28,915 nt of DNA from an uncultured Methanosarcinales archaeon. Lineage in GTDB: Archaea; Nanobdellota; Nanobdellia; Woesearchaeales; JAGVZT01. The stretch is taken from NCBI GenBank assembly GCA_964419615.1, contig CAYQPU010000022.1:1-28915 (forward strand). The letters are read 5' to 3'. A model generated the notes under the pieces. The model had not been told where the DNA came from. It worked only from the letters and a program-made list of their open reading frames with translations, and ran no database searches. The first letter of the stretch is position 1, and each line of letters starts with the position of its first letter. The translations under genes were made by a program, and so were the position numbers. Below, in pieces: positions 26,807 to 28,915 of this stretch.

Positions 26807-27847
26807 ATGAGCTTGTCTGATGAACAGATTAAGAAATTTAGAGATGAATTAAAAAGTAGTTATAATCCTCTGTATTTTTTTGATGATGATCCTGATGGAT
26901 TAGCAAGTTTTCTACTGTTTTACAGGTTTGTTAGAGAAGGTCGGGGAGTTGTTGTCAAGGCGAAACCCATTCTTGATGAAAAGTATTTAAGAAAAGTTAA
27001 GGAACATACTCCAGATAAAATTTTTGTTTTGGATAAACCTGATATCAGCCAGGAATTTATTGACGGAGCAAAAACCAAGATTATTTGGCTTGATCATCAT
27101 GCACTTAAGGAAAAACAAGGAGTAAGTTATTTTAATCCAATGGTTGATAAGGGAGATAATACCCCAACTAGTTATTGGGCTTATAAGATTGTTGAAAAGG
27201 ATTTTTGGATTGCTATGGTGGGAATTGTTGGAGATTGGTTTCTACCAGATTTTTCTGAAGAGTTTTCTAATAAATATCCAGATTTGTTACCAAAGGGAGT
27301 TAGTTCACCAGAACAAGCCCTTTTTGAAACAAAACTTGGAAAATTAATTAGAATTTTTTCATTTGTGTTAAAAGGTAAAACAAGTGAGGTTAAAAAATGT
27401 ATTAAGGTTTTAACAAGAATTGAATCGCCATATGAAATTCTTAATCAGACTACCTCAAAGGGTAAGTTTATTTACAAGAAGTTTGAAAAACTAAATGTTC
27501 AATATGAGGAAATGATTAATGATGCTGTTAAGAACTCAAAGATAATGGGTGATTTGTTTGTTTACATCTATGATAACCAAAAAGTTTGTTTTACTGGTGA
27601 CCTATCCAATGAATTACTCTACAAATATAATGATAAAATTGTTATCATAGGAAGATCAAAATCAGGAGAGATGAAATGCAGTTTGAGATCTGGTACTAAA
27701 AAAGTGCTTCCAATTTTAAAAAAGGCTTTGGAAGGTGTTGACGGCTATGGTGGTGGTCATGAATTTGCCTGTGGTGTTTGTGTAAAGGTTGAGGACTGGG
27801 ATAAATTCTTAGAACAGTTCAAAAATCAAGCAGCTCTAGCGAAGTAA
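26807..27847 (+). CDS. DHH/DHHA1 family phosphoesterase (RecJ/NrnA-like)
   Basis: DDDPDG, VLD, WLDHH and C-terminal GGGHEFACG motifs. Confidence 0.92.
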   Translation: MSLSDEQIKKFRDELKSSYNPLYFFDDDPDGLASFLLFYRFVREGRGVVVKAKPILDEKYLRKVKEHTPDKIFVLDKPDISQEFIDGAKTKIIWLDHHALKEKQGVSYFNPMVDKGDNTPTSYWAYKIVEKDFWIAMVGIVGDWFLPDFSEEFSNKYPDLLPKGVSSPEQALFETKLGKLIRIFSFVLKGKTSEVKKCIKVLTRIESPYEILNQTTSKGKFIYKKFEKLNVQYEEMINDAVKNSKIMGDLFVYIYDNQKVCFTGDLSNELLYKYNDKIVIIGRSKSGEMKCSLRSGTKKVLPILKKALEGVDGYGGGHEFACGVCVKVEDWDKFLEQFKNQAALAK

Positions 27848-28915
27848 TTACATTTTCTTCATTAGATCATAAATATGTTTTGTTCCTTGATCAATTGACA
27901 TTGACTCTTTAATATATATTGGTTTGCCGATTCTGACTGTTACTATCCCCTTTTTTTTTGGTAATAGATCACGTACGGAAGCCTGAGTTACTTTTCCGCT
28001 CGGTGGAGGGTACAGTTCATAATAATTTTCAGAAATTTTAATTGGAATTATTGAAACATTCATTGTCTTTGCATAGTATACTACACCTTTTCTAAAGTTC
28101 TGCAATTCACCTTCTCTTTGCAGCCTTCCTTCGGGACTTGTCATAAAAAACCATCCCTTGTCAAAAATATAGCCTATATCATCTAAATTTGCGCCGTACA
28201 ATGGAAATGCGGATGCAACATGATGTAATAGTTTTCCAAATTTTCCATTCCCGTCTTTTCCCCAAAAATAATCAGCAGTGCCTGTGGCAACCTTGCTTCT
28301 TAGATTGATTGGAAGAATTCTTAAGCAACATGCCCCATCCAACAACCCAACATGATTGAATATTATAATTGATGGGGCTTTGATCTTTTTTATGTTATGT
28401 TTGTCAAGAATTTTAATTTTAATATATAGTCTGTGAAATGGAAAGAAAAATGTTAATTGCAGTAAGTTTTTTATAATTTGATTAGATTTGTTAAATATAC
28501 TAAGATCAAATTTTGAGCTTGCTTTCTTACTTCCAATTTTTATTTTATTTCTAAGTTCTTTAACAGTTGTTTTAATTTTAATGTCAAAATCTCCGATTTC
28601 CACCCCAAATTCTTCCTCAATTCTTGCAAGAATCTCAGCCCGATCTAAAGAATCTATGTTTAAATCAAGACTAAGGCTCATATTTTCTGTTATTTTGTTT
28701 TTTGATGAAACTTCCTTTAGAATCATTATTAATGGGTCAGAGGTTTTTATGGAGGAGGGTTTTGCAATTTTAATTTTTTGTAGTTTGTTATGAATCACTT
28801 TTCGATCTATCTTGAGGGTTCTTGTTCTGGGAAAATCTTCTTCATTCCATAATGCATAAGATCTTATCTGTTGTTTACTTTCAAGTTTTTTATTGACTTC
28901 TCTAACAATTTTGTC
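27848..28915 (-). CDS. Partial multidomain acyl-activating enzyme: AMP-binding C-terminus, acyl carrier domain and PlsC-type acyltransferase (5' end outside the window)
   Basis: Frame is open from base 28915 (DKIVREV...FPRTRTLKIDRK, adenylation A10-like); carrier motif IDSLDRAEILARIEEEF; acyltransferase motifs NHVGLLD and PEGR. Confidence 0.88.
   Translation of the reverse strand, partial: DKIVREVNKKLESKQQIRSYALWNEEDFPRTRTLKIDRKVIHNKLQKIKIAKPSSIKTSDPLIMILKEVSSKNKITENMSLSLDLNIDSLDRAEILARIEEEFGVEIGDFDIKIKTTVKELRNKIKIGSKKASSKFDLSIFNKSNQIIKNLLQLTFFFPFHRLYIKIKILDKHNIKKIKAPSIIIFNHVGLLDGACCLRILPINLRSKVATGTADYFWGKDGNGKFGKLLHHVASAFPLYGANLDDIGYIFDKGWFFMTSPEGRLQREGELQNFRKGVVYYAKTMNVSIIPIKISENYYELYPPPSGKVTQASVRDLLPKKKGIVTVRIGKPIYIKESMSIDQGTKHIYDLMKKM

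Overview
AT-rich archaeal window. Rpo4, L21e, TFE, DUF655, an intron-containing tRNA and TTTA(T/A)ATA-type promoters, together with bacterial-type GAPDH/PGK, GT3 glycogen synthase and many orphan genes, fit a DPANN archaeon, most likely Woesearchaeota (inference). Housekeeping and carbohydrate genes are interleaved with accessory genes. The most notable features are: (1) a co-oriented block of a catalytically degenerate diadenylate-cyclase-fold gene, a heavily base-paired ~180-nt element, an opine dehydrogenase and a DxHxxG cobalamin-binding enzyme of unknown reaction; (2) a tandem pair of lipoprotein-like LysM proteins, one with a 3D/MltA-like domain, suggesting peptidoglycan targeting by an archaeon; (3) an unassigned ~180-nt structured RNA upstream of rpl21e; (4) a galT-family gene split exactly at overlapping in-frame -1 slippery heptamers; (5) a tRNA-Thr(CGU) with a 92-nt structured intron; (6) a decaying tandem family of three orphan paralogs. 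All family calls are from motif recognition by eye; no database searches or folding programs were run.
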